Source of the DNA: a virus
Lineage: Duplodnaviria > Heunggongvirae > Uroviricota > Caudoviricetes
Reading direction: 5' to 3' (one strand)
DNA length: 44,271 nt
Virus record (IMG/VR): IMGVR_UViG_2565956725_000004
Below, one piece after another: positions 8,776 to 17,359 of the stretch; positions within the stretch are counted from its first letter, which is position 1; each line of letters starts with the position of its first letter. The notes beneath the pieces are model-generated. The model was not told the DNA's origin. It made no database searches and saw nothing but the letters and a program-made list of their open reading frames with translations. The translations under genes and the position numbers were made by a program.

Positions 8776-9319
8776 GCATCACTGGAAAGTAGACAAACAG
8801 CCTGAGTGGTTCGTGAAAGCTGTCAGAAAAACTATCGCAGCGTTGCCTGGGGGTTACGCTGAAGCTGCTGACTGGCTGGATGTAACAGAGAACGCATTAT
8901 TTAACCGCCTTCGTGCCGATGGCGATCAGATTTTCCCGCTGGGATGGGCAATGGTTTTACAGCGTGCTGCTGGCACTCACTACATTGCGGATGCTGTCGC
9001 ACAGTCTGCTGGTGGGGTGTTTGTATCGCTTCCTGAAATTGAGGAAGTAGAGAACGCAGATATAAACCAGCGCCTGCTGGAAGTCATCGAACAGATCGGG
9101 AGTTACTCAAAGCAGATTCGTTCGGCAATCGAAGATGGGGTAGTGGAGCCACACGAGCAGACAGCAATTAATGATGAATTGTATCTGTCAATTTCGAAGC
9201 TCCAGGAGCATGCGGCACTGGTCTACAAAATTTTCTGCGTTCCAGAAAAGAGTGACGCCCGCGAGTGTGCAGCTCCGGGCGTCGTGGCGTTTTGTGTCTG
9301 TGGAGAAACTAACGCATGA
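8768..9319 (+). CDS. Hypothetical protein in the cII position (possible CII-like regulator)
   Basis: 183-aa ORF whose start overlaps the cro stop; assignment is by position only. Confidence 0.45.
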   Translation: MGKHHWKVDKQPEWFVKAVRKTIAALPGGYAEAADWLDVTENALFNRLRADGDQIFPLGWAMVLQRAAGTHYIADAVAQSAGGVFVSLPEIEEVENADINQRLLEVIEQIGSYSKQIRSAIEDGVVEPHEQTAINDELYLSISKLQEHAALVYKIFCVPEKSDARECAAPGVVAFCVCGETNA

Positions 9320-10152
9320 ACAGTTTAACGGCAAATAACCGTTTGTCGCAACAGCTGGTGGTCAGTGTCGCTGCACACCTGTTGTTACGGCATGAATGCA
9401 GATTACCAAATCACCTGGCTGTAAGTAACCACAGAGAACTTTACCTGACTGTGGGGGGCGAGTTGTGCAGGAACTTAACCGCTGGTTTCGTGACGGAAGA
9501 GGACTTTATGTTCATGTTATTCGTTGGGAGCCAGAAACACAGCGCGTTATCTATCTTCGCAAAGACTACCCGCATGAGTGCTTTAGTCCTTTGTGGAAAT
9601 TCAGGCGTGATTTTGTTGAGTGTGAAGGACCACCAGCACATTGATTCTGCCATTCCGGGACGTTACACTGTTCAGGCACCTTATAAAGCGGGTGCCGGGA
9701 TTGGCGTCCTGGAAATGTTATCGGCGATATATGACGCGCCAGCGTCTTTTTTATCGTCTGCGTCTGCGCACACCCAAATTATGGTGGGCTGGACGGGGGC
9801 ACTGAAAGGTGCGCCGGTTTCCGATAACGCCGGTTACGCCAACCCCGTTCAGTTCACCACCAGCGAAATTGGCGTTTCCGGTGGTGAAGGTAATTCACTG
9901 TTATCGGAGGCTGCCATCATGGCTACTGTCCCAGCCCTCACTCGTCTGAATGATGAAGACTTACATAAACTCAGTTATGTAACAACTGCACTACGTGCTC
10001 TGCGCAAGGTAACTCTTTCGGATCCGCAGGCGCATCAGGTTCTGGTAGAAACCCTTCTTAACTTGCAGGCTGAACGTATCCGTTTGGCGGATAAGGCTAA
10101 TTTTCATATTCACCGTCTCCTGAATATCAGCGGAGGGCATCGTCATGCTTAA
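9316..10152 (+). CDS. Hypothetical protein, start uncertain
   Basis: 278-aa ORF with typical enterobacterial codon usage in its distal two-thirds; the proximal part overlaps a plausible small ORF in another frame (9465..9644), so the true start may be downstream. Confidence 0.4.
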   Translation: MNSLTANNRLSQQLVVSVAAHLLLRHECRLPNHLAVSNHRELYLTVGGELCRNLTAGFVTEEDFMFMLFVGSQKHSALSIFAKTTRMSALVLCGNSGVILLSVKDHQHIDSAIPGRYTVQAPYKAGAGIGVLEMLSAIYDAPASFLSSASAHTQIMVGWTGALKGAPVSDNAGYANPVQFTTSEIGVSGGEGNSLLSEAAIMATVPALTRLNDEDLHKLSYVTTALRALRKVTLSDPQAHQVLVETLLNLQAERIRLADKANFHIHRLLNISGGHRHA

Positions 10153-10381
10153 TCCGTTGATCCTCAATATTTGCCGTTTGCTTCAGCGCAAAAAAACATC
10201 AATTCCTACAGTTGGGCAGTGGTACACCACGCCTGCAGGGCATGTTCTACGTGTTAGCCTGGTTGACCGTGAATGTCAGAAGGTGGTTTGTGAACCGCTG
10301 GGCCGTAATTACCGCGTCAGTATGCCGCTTATAGCCTTTCGCTCCGGAAAAAACATGAAGCATCTCGGAGGTGCAGCATGA
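10145..10381 (+). CDS. Hypothetical small protein
   Basis: 78-aa ORF overlapping the upstream stop (ATGCTTAA) and the downstream start (ATGA), consistent with translational coupling. Confidence 0.45.
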   Translation: MLNPLILNICRLLQRKKTSIPTVGQWYTTPAGHVLRVSLVDRECQKVVCEPLGRNYRVSMPLIAFRSGKNMKHLGGAA

Positions 10382-11196
10382 GTATGGAGCTGATGGTTAA
10401 AGCGATGAAAATTCGAGTGGGTAATCCATTGCGAAAACTGGTTCTGATCAAGCTGGCTGATAATGCCAGCGATCAGGGTGAGTGCTGGCCCAGCTACCAG
10501 CATATTGCTGACCAGTGCGAGATTAGCAAACGTTCTGTGATGAATCATATTGCGGCCCTTTGTGAGTCCGGGCTGGTAAAAAAAGTCACCCGGAAAGGTG
10601 AAAAAGGTAACTCAAGTAATATCTATCTCCTTCATCTTGATGGTGCAGGAGATTCACTAGGGGGTAGTGCAAATAATTCACTATCTGGTGCAGCAAATTC
10701 ACCAGGTAGTGCAGGAGTTGCACCAGGGGGTAGTGCAGGAGATTCACCCAGAACCAGTCACTCTTTTGAACCAGTCAAAGAACCAGTCAATGAACCAATA
10801 GCTGTTGGTGCATCTGCTGATGAGTCTGTGCGAGTTCGTTCAAACCGACCGGAATACTCTCCGGAGTTTGAGCAGGCATGGCTGGCCTATCCCAAACGTG
10901 CTGGTGGCAATTCAAAATCTGCAGCCTTCAAAGCCTGGAAAGCCCGTTTGAATGAGGGGGTAAACCCCGAAACCATGCTGGAAGGTGTGAAACGCTACGC
11001 GGGCTGGGTATCTGCGATGGGTAACAGCGGCACACAATTTGTGAAACAGGCTGTCACGTTCTTTGGTCCGGATCGTCATTTCGAAGAATCCTGGGAAGTT
11101 CCTGCAGTATCTGCAGCCAGACGCGAGGACCCGTACTTCAAAGCCAGTTACGACAACGTGGACTACAGCCAGATCCCGGCAGGATTCAGGGGGTGA
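10378..11196 (+). CDS. Replication initiator (lambda O-like / replisome-organiser type) with Gly/Ser-rich linker
   Basis: N-terminal winged-helix-like DNA-binding region, central Gly/Ser linker encoded by repetitive DNA, C-terminal domain; position after cro/cII. Confidence 0.6.
   Translation: MSMELMVKAMKIRVGNPLRKLVLIKLADNASDQGECWPSYQHIADQCEISKRSVMNHIAALCESGLVKKVTRKGEKGNSSNIYLLHLDGAGDSLGGSANNSLSGAANSPGSAGVAPGGSAGDSPRTSHSFEPVKEPVNEPIAVGASADESVRVRSNRPEYSPEFEQAWLAYPKRAGGNSKSAAFKAWKARLNEGVNPETMLEGVKRYAGWVSAMGNSGTQFVKQAVTFFGPDRHFEESWEVPAVSAARREDPYFKASYDNVDYSQIPAGFRG
10642..10790. repeat. Iteron-like direct repeats inside the initiator gene (candidate ori)
   Basis: GTGCAGGAGATTCAC at 10643 and 10733; GGGGGTAGTGCA at 10660 and 10726; GAACCAGTCA at 10751, 10768 and 10780. 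Confidence 0.4.
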
Positions 11197-11687
11197 TTAT
11201 GAGTCTTTTGAATGAAGTTCAGAAATTCATTGAAGCCCATCCGGGGTGTACTTCCGGAGACATTGCGGATGCTTTTGCTGGTTACTCACGGCAGCGCGTT
11301 CTGCAGTCAGCAAGCAAGTTACGTCAGAGTGGGCGTGTGGCTCACCGTTGTGAAGGAGATACACGCAGACATTTCCCGCGCCTGACTGAGAGAGCGCAGG
11401 AGCCGGAACCACAATCTGTTCGTGAAACCAGACCTGTGCGCAATTTCTATGTCGGCACTAACGACCCCCGGGTGATTTTGTGCCTGACCCGCCAGGCTGA
11501 AGAACTGGAGTCCAGGGGCTTATTCCGTCGAGCTGCAACGGTGTGGATGGCGGCATTCCGTGAAAGCCACTCCCAGCCAGAACGAAACAATTTTCTGGCG
11601 CATCGTGAGCGGTGCTTACGGAAAAGCAGCAAGCGCGCTGCATCGGGTGAAGAGTGGTATCTGTCAGGGAATTACGTGGGGGCTTAA
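11193..11687 (+). CDS. PerC-domain transcriptional regulator homolog
   Basis: C-terminal segment LESRGLFRRAATVWMAAF resembles the PerC/Pch family core as I remember it. Confidence 0.5.
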   Translation: MIMSLLNEVQKFIEAHPGCTSGDIADAFAGYSRQRVLQSASKLRQSGRVAHRCEGDTRRHFPRLTERAQEPEPQSVRETRPVRNFYVGTNDPRVILCLTRQAEELESRGLFRRAATVWMAAFRESHSQPERNNFLAHRERCLRKSSKRAASGEEWYLSGNYVGA

Positions 11688-12340
11688 TGAGTAATAAATA
11701 TTGCCAGGCGCTGGTGGAGCTGCGGAACAAACCAGCCCATGAACTGAAGGAAGTGGGCGATCAGTGGCGCACGCCGGACAACATTTTCTGGGGAATTAAC
11801 ACCCTGTTTGGCCCGTTTGTTCTGGATCTGTTCACTGATGGTGATAACGCCAAATGTGCCGCTTATTACACTGCGGAAGACAACGCGCTGGCGCATGACT
11901 GGTCTGAACGTCTTGCGGAGCTTAAAGGTGCTGCCTTTGGTAATCCCCCGTACAGCCGCGCCAGTCAGCATGAGGGGCAATACATCACCGGCATGCGTTA
12001 CATCATGAAACATGCCAGTGCCATGCGTGATAAAGGTGGGCGCTATGTTTTCCTGATCAAAGCTGCCACCAGCGAAGTTTGGTGGCCGGAAGATGCAGAC
12101 CATATTGCTTTTATTCGCGGGCGTATTGGTTTTGAACTGCCAGCCTGGTTTATCCCGAAGGACGAGAAGCAGGTGCCGACAGGCGCTTTCTTCGCTGGTG
12201 CTATTGCTGTTTTCGACAAGACCTGGAAGGGACCGGCAATCAGCTACATCGGGCGCGATGAACTTGAGGCATGTGGTGAGGCCTTTCTGGCGCAGGTTCG
12301 CCAGCAGGCGGAAAAACTGGTCAGGGAGATGGCGGCATGA
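11687..12340 (+). CDS. Phage N6-adenine DNA methyltransferase (Dam-like)
   Basis: NPPY catalytic motif (AFGNPPYSR); start at ATG 11687 (MSNKYCQ) overlapping the upstream stop in TAATG. Confidence 0.8.
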   Translation: MSNKYCQALVELRNKPAHELKEVGDQWRTPDNIFWGINTLFGPFVLDLFTDGDNAKCAAYYTAEDNALAHDWSERLAELKGAAFGNPPYSRASQHEGQYITGMRYIMKHASAMRDKGGRYVFLIKAATSEVWWPEDADHIAFIRGRIGFELPAWFIPKDEKQVPTGAFFAGAIAVFDKTWKGPAISYIGRDELEACGEAFLAQVRQQAEKLVREMAA

Positions 12341-12663
12341 CGACATTAACTCAATGCCAGCAGCAGGTGCTGGATATGCTGATTTCTTACCAGAAAGAAC
12401 GTGGCTTCCCGCCAACCAATCAGGAGGTGGCAACCATGCTGGGATACCGTTCAGTGAATGCAGCGGTGGAGCATCTTCGCGCACTGGAGAAAAAAGGCGT
12501 CATCACGATAAAGCGTGGCGTGGCCCGGGGGATAACGCTTCATACCACGGTGAAGGACGACGACAGCGAGGCGGTCGGGATTATCCGCTCACTGCTTGCC
12601 GGTGAGGAAAACGCAAGGCTGCGTGCAACCCACTGGTTACATGAGAGGGGCCTGAAAGCATGA
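12337..12663 (+). CDS. Small DNA-binding protein with LexA-like N-terminal winged-helix domain
   Basis: 108-aa ORF; LTQCQQQVLDMLISYQKERGFPPTNQEVATMLGY resembles the LexA DNA-binding domain; no peptidase domain. Confidence 0.55.
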   Translation: MTTLTQCQQQVLDMLISYQKERGFPPTNQEVATMLGYRSVNAAVEHLRALEKKGVITIKRGVARGITLHTTVKDDDSEAVGIIRSLLAGEENARLRATHWLHERGLKA

Positions 12664-13049
12664 AGCTGATCCTGCCTTTTCCGCCCAGCGTGAACACGTA
12701 CTGGCGACACCCCAACAAAGGGGCGTTTGCAGGTAAGAGCCTGATAAGCGCGGCGGGGCGCAAATTCCAGAGCGCGGCGTGTGCAGCAATAGTTGAGCAG
12801 TTACGTCGTCTGCCAAAACCAACGTCGGCACCTGCTTCAGTGGAGATCGTGTTGTTTCCTCCGGATAACCGGATCCGCGATCTGGACAACTATAACAAGG
12901 CGCTGTTTGACGCCCTGACCCACGCGGGTGTGTGGGAAGACGACAGTCAGGTGAAAAGAATGCTGGTGGAGTGGGGACCGGTTATCCCGGAAGGGAAGGT
13001 CGAGATCACTATCAGTAAGTACGAGAAAACGGCGGGTGCAGCCGCCTGA
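12660..13049 (+). CDS. rusA: RusA-family Holliday junction resolvase
   Basis: 129-aa ORF with RusA-like acidic catalytic region (DLDNYNKALFDAL); typical nin-region gene. Confidence 0.85.
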   Translation: MKLILPFPPSVNTYWRHPNKGAFAGKSLISAAGRKFQSAACAAIVEQLRRLPKPTSAPASVEIVLFPPDNRIRDLDNYNKALFDALTHAGVWEDDSQVKRMLVEWGPVIPEGKVEITISKYEKTAGAAA

Positions 13050-13068
13050 TTAAGAGGAGAAACGAAGT

Positions 13069-13911
13069 ATGAATAATCTGATGGTCATTGATGGTATTGA
13101 AGTTCGTCGTGATGCTTATGGACGTTACAGCCTGAACGATCTGCATCGCGCAGCAGTAGCATCTGGTGCAAATGCCAGAACCAAGGAGCCGGGAAAGTTT
13201 CTTTCCAGCCAACAGATTACTGAGCTGGTTCAGGAATTGATCGATACCCAAAATCTGGGTGTCGGTTCATTCAATGAAACTACCCAAAATTTGGGTAGTA
13301 AACCTGTCAGTAAAATAGAAGGGCGGAATGGCGGAACATATGTCTGTAAGGAACTGGTGTATGCCTATGCAATGTGGATCAGCCCGTCATTCCATCTGAA
13401 GGTGATCCGCACTTTCGACATGGTAACCAGCGCACCGGAAAAATTATCCGGGCAGGCTGCTGACAAGATGCAGGCTGGCGTGATTCTGCTGGACTTTATG
13501 CGCCGGGAGTTAAATCTGTCTAACTCATCAGTGCTTGGTGCCTGTCAGAAACTTCAGGAGGCTGTTGGCTTACCGAATCTGGCACCGCGCTATGCCATTG
13601 ATGCTCCTGCTGATGCACACGATGGCTCAAGTCGCCCGACACTGTCACTGAGTGCACTGCTGAAACAGTATGGTATACGCCTGACGGCTAATCAGGCATA
13701 TCACCAGATGGCGAAGCTGGGGATCGTTGAACAACGTGAACGATACAGCCGCACTGCGATTAACAACATCAAAAAATTCTGGTCGCTGACGGCGAAAGGC
13801 TGCATGTTCGGCAAAAACATCACCAGTCCCGCAAATCCGCGCGAGACGCAGCCGCATTTCTTCGAATCCCGATTCCCTGAGCTGTTAAAGCTGCTCGATA
13901 CCGTTCATTGA
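13069..13911 (+). CDS. KilA-N domain protein
   Basis: N-terminal region (IDGIEVRRDAYGRYSLNDLHRAA) resembles the KilA-N domain; 280 aa. Confidence 0.65.
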   Translation: MNNLMVIDGIEVRRDAYGRYSLNDLHRAAVASGANARTKEPGKFLSSQQITELVQELIDTQNLGVGSFNETTQNLGSKPVSKIEGRNGGTYVCKELVYAYAMWISPSFHLKVIRTFDMVTSAPEKLSGQAADKMQAGVILLDFMRRELNLSNSSVLGACQKLQEAVGLPNLAPRYAIDAPADAHDGSSRPTLSLSALLKQYGIRLTANQAYHQMAKLGIVEQRERYSRTAINNIKKFWSLTAKGCMFGKNITSPANPRETQPHFFESRFPELLKLLDTVH

Positions 13912-13912
13912 G

Positions 13913-14908
13913 GTGACCGTGAGAGCACTACTGACCCCTGAAATTGCCCCGCGTATGGGGATCGTATTGTTCAGGCCCGGTTCAGAGCTGATGCCCCTGT
14001 TTATGCAGGGGCGTGTCCTGCTGGAGCCTGAGCCGGAACGTTATTCATCTTTCGCCAGTGGTGCCGTTCCGGCGGCATCACAACCGCTGGCGGATGATCC
14101 TGCCGTTCGGGCCGTGTTCCGCAATGAGGCAGTGATCCGTCGTGCTGGTGGCGTGGAATGTCTTGAAAGCTGGTTACTTCGTGAAAAAGGCTGCCAGTGG
14201 CCTCATTCCGACTGGCACAGCGAGAACATGACAACAATGCGACACGCTCCGGGCGCAATCCGTCTGTGCTGGCACTGCGATAACCAGCTGCGCGATCAGT
14301 TCACGGAACGGCTGGAATCAATGGCAACGGATAACTGTACCCGCTGGGTGTTGTCTGTTGTGCGTCGGGATCTCGGTTTTGATGACAGTCACGTTGTGAC
14401 AATGCCGGAACTGTGCTGGTGGCTGATTCGTAATGACCTGGCGGATGCCTTACCGGAAAGTGCAGCCCGTAAGGCACTGAGATTACCGAAGCCTGTTGTG
14501 CCGTCTGTCACCCGGGAAAGTGACCTTGTGCCTTCGGTTCCCGCCACCAGCATCATCCAGAATAAAGCGAAAAAGGTGCTGGCGCTGAAAGTGGATCCGG
14601 AGTCGCCGGAGTCTTTTATGTTACGCCCAAAACGTCGCCGCTGGGTTAATGAAAAGTACACGCGCTGGGTTAAGACACAGCCGTGTGCATGTTGTGGAAA
14701 ACCTGCTGATGATCCCCACCACCTGATAGGTCACGGTCAGGGTGGAATGGCTACAAAAGCGCATGACCTCTTTGTGTTGCCTTTGTGCAGAAAGCATCAC
14801 GACGAGCTGCATGCGGATACCGTGGCATTTGAAGAGAAGTATGGCTCCCAGCTGGAGCTGATATTTCGTTTTATCGATCGTGCACTGGCAATTGGCGTGC
14901 TGGCCTGA
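13913..14908 (+). CDS. DUF968-family nin-region protein (YdfU-like) with Cys/His-rich C-terminus
   Basis: 331-aa ORF with CWHCDNQ and CACCGKP...HH...H motifs; immediately upstream of Q. Confidence 0.65.
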   Translation: MTVRALLTPEIAPRMGIVLFRPGSELMPLFMQGRVLLEPEPERYSSFASGAVPAASQPLADDPAVRAVFRNEAVIRRAGGVECLESWLLREKGCQWPHSDWHSENMTTMRHAPGAIRLCWHCDNQLRDQFTERLESMATDNCTRWVLSVVRRDLGFDDSHVVTMPELCWWLIRNDLADALPESAARKALRLPKPVVPSVTRESDLVPSVPATSIIQNKAKKVLALKVDPESPESFMLRPKRRRWVNEKYTRWVKTQPCACCGKPADDPHHLIGHGQGGMATKAHDLFVLPLCRKHHDELHADTVAFEEKYGSQLELIFRFIDRALAIGVLA

Positions 14909-14910
14909 TT

Positions 14911-15267
14911 TTGTGGAGAAAGTTGATGCGTGATATGTATGAAGTATTGGACCGCTGGGGTGCATGGGCTGCAGCAGATAACAGTGGTGTGGACTGGCAG
15001 CCTGTTGCTGCAGGGTTTAAAGGTTTACTACCTCATGGAAAGAAAACACGCCAACAATGCGATGATGATGAAGGAATCATGATTGACAGCTGTGTTGCGC
15101 GATTGCGGAAATATAAGCCCGAAGAGTATGAGTTGGTTATTGCTCATTTTGTTATCGGCATCTCACTAAGAACTATTGCAAAGAAGCAGAAGTGTTCTGA
15201 TGGGACAATAAGAAAAGAGTTGCAAACAGCTCTTGGTTTTCTGGATGGTGTGCTTTCAATGTTGTAA
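14911..15267 (+). CDS. Late-gene antiterminator Q (QuuD/phage-82 type)
   Basis: 118-aa ORF; the WGAWAA...GFKGLL...Q/CDDD region matches the remembered small Q antiterminators of E. coli prophages. Confidence 0.8.
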   Translation: MWRKLMRDMYEVLDRWGAWAAADNSGVDWQPVAAGFKGLLPHGKKTRQQCDDDEGIMIDSCVARLRKYKPEEYELVIAHFVIGISLRTIAKKQKCSDGTIRKELQTALGFLDGVLSML

Positions 15268-15271
15268 TATT

Positions 15272-15295
15272 AGGGGGAATTACCCCCCTTTTTTT
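15272..15295 (+). terminator. Rho-independent terminator immediately after Q
   Basis: AGGGGG-AATTA-CCCCCC hairpin followed by seven T; its reverse complement encodes the last codons and stop of the minus-strand 182-aa ORF. Confidence 0.65.
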
Positions 15296-15828
15296 CTCTG
15301 TTGCTTTAATAAAATTTTAATATTTTGTCTGATTATGATGAGGCAATGTAATAAAAGAAATACCGTTAGTATTGCAAGCCATACGCAAAATAAGCATGCA
15401 TATAAATTAGTTGAAAGTCCAATAGTGAATTGTGCAATTGCTGTTGTGATAGAACATAATATTGATGTATTAATAAATGAGGATAAATTGTCTAAAGGTT
15501 TATAAAGTACACTATCATTGATTTTGTCAATAGGTATACCAGTGGCAATGCTATAAATTTCCTTATATTCCTGAGTTGCAAAAACCTTATCGCGTAAATT
15601 TATTATGACAAAGGTATGCAGGCTCAATAAAAATGAGCCCACGGAAATAAAACCGGAGAAGAGATAGCCTCGTAAGTTTTTATGATAAAAATCAAAAAAG
15701 TTAACACTTACTTTAGGTGTGTTTCTGTACAATAGGTAAAGTGCAAGCAATGCCAGGATCGAGAATGCAAGCAGTGTAAGGTACTGATACCTCAATCTTT
15801 TATTTATTAGCCATTCATATAAAGGCAT
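15280..15828 (-). CDS. Hypothetical 4-TM membrane protein; second gene of the A+T-rich two-gene cassette (candidate effector)
   Basis: 182-aa ORF with about four hydrophobic helices and little soluble sequence; start overlaps the upstream gene by 14 nt; very A+T-rich. Confidence 0.6.
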   Translation of the reverse strand: MPLYEWLINKRLRYQYLTLLAFSILALLALYLLYRNTPKVSVNFFDFYHKNLRGYLFSGFISVGSFLLSLHTFVIINLRDKVFATQEYKEIYSIATGIPIDKINDSVLYKPLDNLSSFINTSILCSITTAIAQFTIGLSTNLYACLFCVWLAILTVFLLLHCLIIIRQNIKILLKQQRKKGG

Positions 15829-16741
15829 TTTTATTCGTCCCGTTCAGCATTTCTTCTTTTATCATATCAAAAACAGGGTTTGTTGTATAATTATCGTTTG
15901 TCAATCCATTGACTTTATCGGCAATTATATCGAAATCGTATGTTTCAAAAAAAACAGGGCAGTTCATAAAATCAATGGTTTTTTCTATTCCTGCATGGTT
16001 TACTGCAATAACCTGTGCTTTAGCAACTCCACTCATAGAATTATAAATATTTGAAAGATTCTGAGATAGTTGTTGCACTTTTGTTCTGTCGCTAGAATTA
16101 AAATTCATATCTATTGTGGTGGTGTTAACAAATTGTTCAAGCGCAGTCATTGGTCCACCTTTAAAATCTATATAATTAAATTTAAAGCTTGTGCTTTTAA
16201 TCTCTTTGAATTGACATAAAACACTCTGAATGTTGTTTTTATTTGTCATAAGGCTGAAAGTCAGTCTTTCTTTGTATTTTTTATTTATTGCAGTTACTTC
16301 TTTTTGTTTTGGTTTATCACCAAGTTTTTTTATTTCTTCTTTATTTTGATTTCTGATAAATTCATTACTTATTGTTTCTAAATGAGAAAAGAGAGTGTTC
16401 AGACTGCATGAACCGTGGTGATACATATAGAGACCAGAAAGATTAGATTTTTTAATTAAGAAAAAGTTGAAATTAGCAAGTTTGTCACTTCCTTGAAGAT
16501 CTTCAATTTTAAGCTGGAATTTACCATCAACAAATTGCGACTTACAGTTCTTTTTTTGGTTTCTGAATGTGACAACTAATCCATAATAGAAATCATTCAC
16601 ATCCGAAATGAGAATTTTACGAGTATAGTCTGTGCGACTGTGTTCTCTGTTTGATGCGTTGATAAAAGCATTCATTACGTCAACGGTATTAATATTTTTG
16701 TTATTGTTATTTATTGTAAATCCTATGCTTCTAACTTTCAT
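15815..16741 (-). CDS. Hypothetical cytoplasmic protein; first gene of the A+T-rich two-gene cassette (candidate sensor or enzyme)
   Basis: 308-aa ORF, Asn/Lys-rich, no hydrophobic helices; a perfect TATAAT lies on the minus strand at 16820..16825 about 80 nt upstream. Confidence 0.6.
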   Translation of the reverse strand: MKVRSIGFTINNNNKNINTVDVMNAFINASNREHSRTDYTRKILISDVNDFYYGLVVTFRNQKKNCKSQFVDGKFQLKIEDLQGSDKLANFNFFLIKKSNLSGLYMYHHGSCSLNTLFSHLETISNEFIRNQNKEEIKKLGDKPKQKEVTAINKKYKERLTFSLMTNKNNIQSVLCQFKEIKSTSFKFNYIDFKGGPMTALEQFVNTTTIDMNFNSSDRTKVQQLSQNLSNIYNSMSGVAKAQVIAVNHAGIEKTIDFMNCPVFFETYDFDIIADKVNGLTNDNYTTNPVFDMIKEEMLNGTNKNAFI

Positions 16742-16862
16742 GTGTATTCCAGGACCGACTAAAGATAGCGAGAATGGGGACGCATAGTTTATAAAAATCC
16801 TAACGCGTACGCAAAAAGTATTATATCGTGTTAAGAGTGGTTACTTCGCCACACAACTTAAA

Positions 16863-16885
16863 CCCGCCGCTGAGCGGTTTTTTTG
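16863..16885 (+). terminator. Possible rho-independent terminator (tR'-like) upstream of the late region
   Basis: Short GC stem (CCGC-TGA-GCGG) followed by seven T; weak stem so low confidence. Confidence 0.4.
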
Positions 16886-17005
16886 TACCTGTAAACCTTG
16901 TGCAGTACAGTAAACACGCTGGTGGTCGTGAATACTGGCTTTTTATCTTGCTGGCTTTTTAGACAAGAGTTATTGGTATGTCATGTTAACCAGAAGGGAA
17001 AAGAC

Positions 17006-17209
17006 ATGCTAAAACAGCAAGATATGACAGAAACCGCCGCCGCAGTCCTTCATTTCTTACCTGCTGGCAAGTGGGTAACGCCACGCATGATGACGAGAAC
17101 TACCGGAGTAAGCGAAGCCCGGTGCCAGTTAATACTGACTCAGTTAGTTCTGGCGGGTCTGGCGAAGGATAACGGCGGGTACGGGAATAAATTCAGACGC
17201 TGCCAGTAA
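17006..17209 (+). CDS. Small hypothetical protein, possible winged-helix DNA-binding protein
   Basis: Start chosen at the internal Met (MLKQQDMTE) preceded by AAGGGA; 67 aa; immediately upstream of a methyltransferase. Confidence 0.4.
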   Translation: MLKQQDMTETAAAVLHFLPAGKWVTPRMMTRTTGVSEARCQLILTQLVLAGLAKDNGGYGNKFRRCQ

Positions 17210-17359
17210 TGGCGGTTTCCTGCTGTGAAAATGGGCGGCTGGTGGGTGTTGGTAGCACCTGCCAGCCATTCGCTCATGCTTACTGGTCACAAGCGAACCA
17301 CGGCCCACTGCTTTAGCGCAAAAGCAGAGTGAGCCTACCAGAGTTACGCTTACTGATCC

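Noticed and set aside
16898-17005. N-terminal extension of the small ORF to 16898 (103 aa)
   Set aside because: The extension runs through the terminator-like hairpin region and has hydrophobic, implausible composition; the internal Met at 17006 has a ribosome-binding site.
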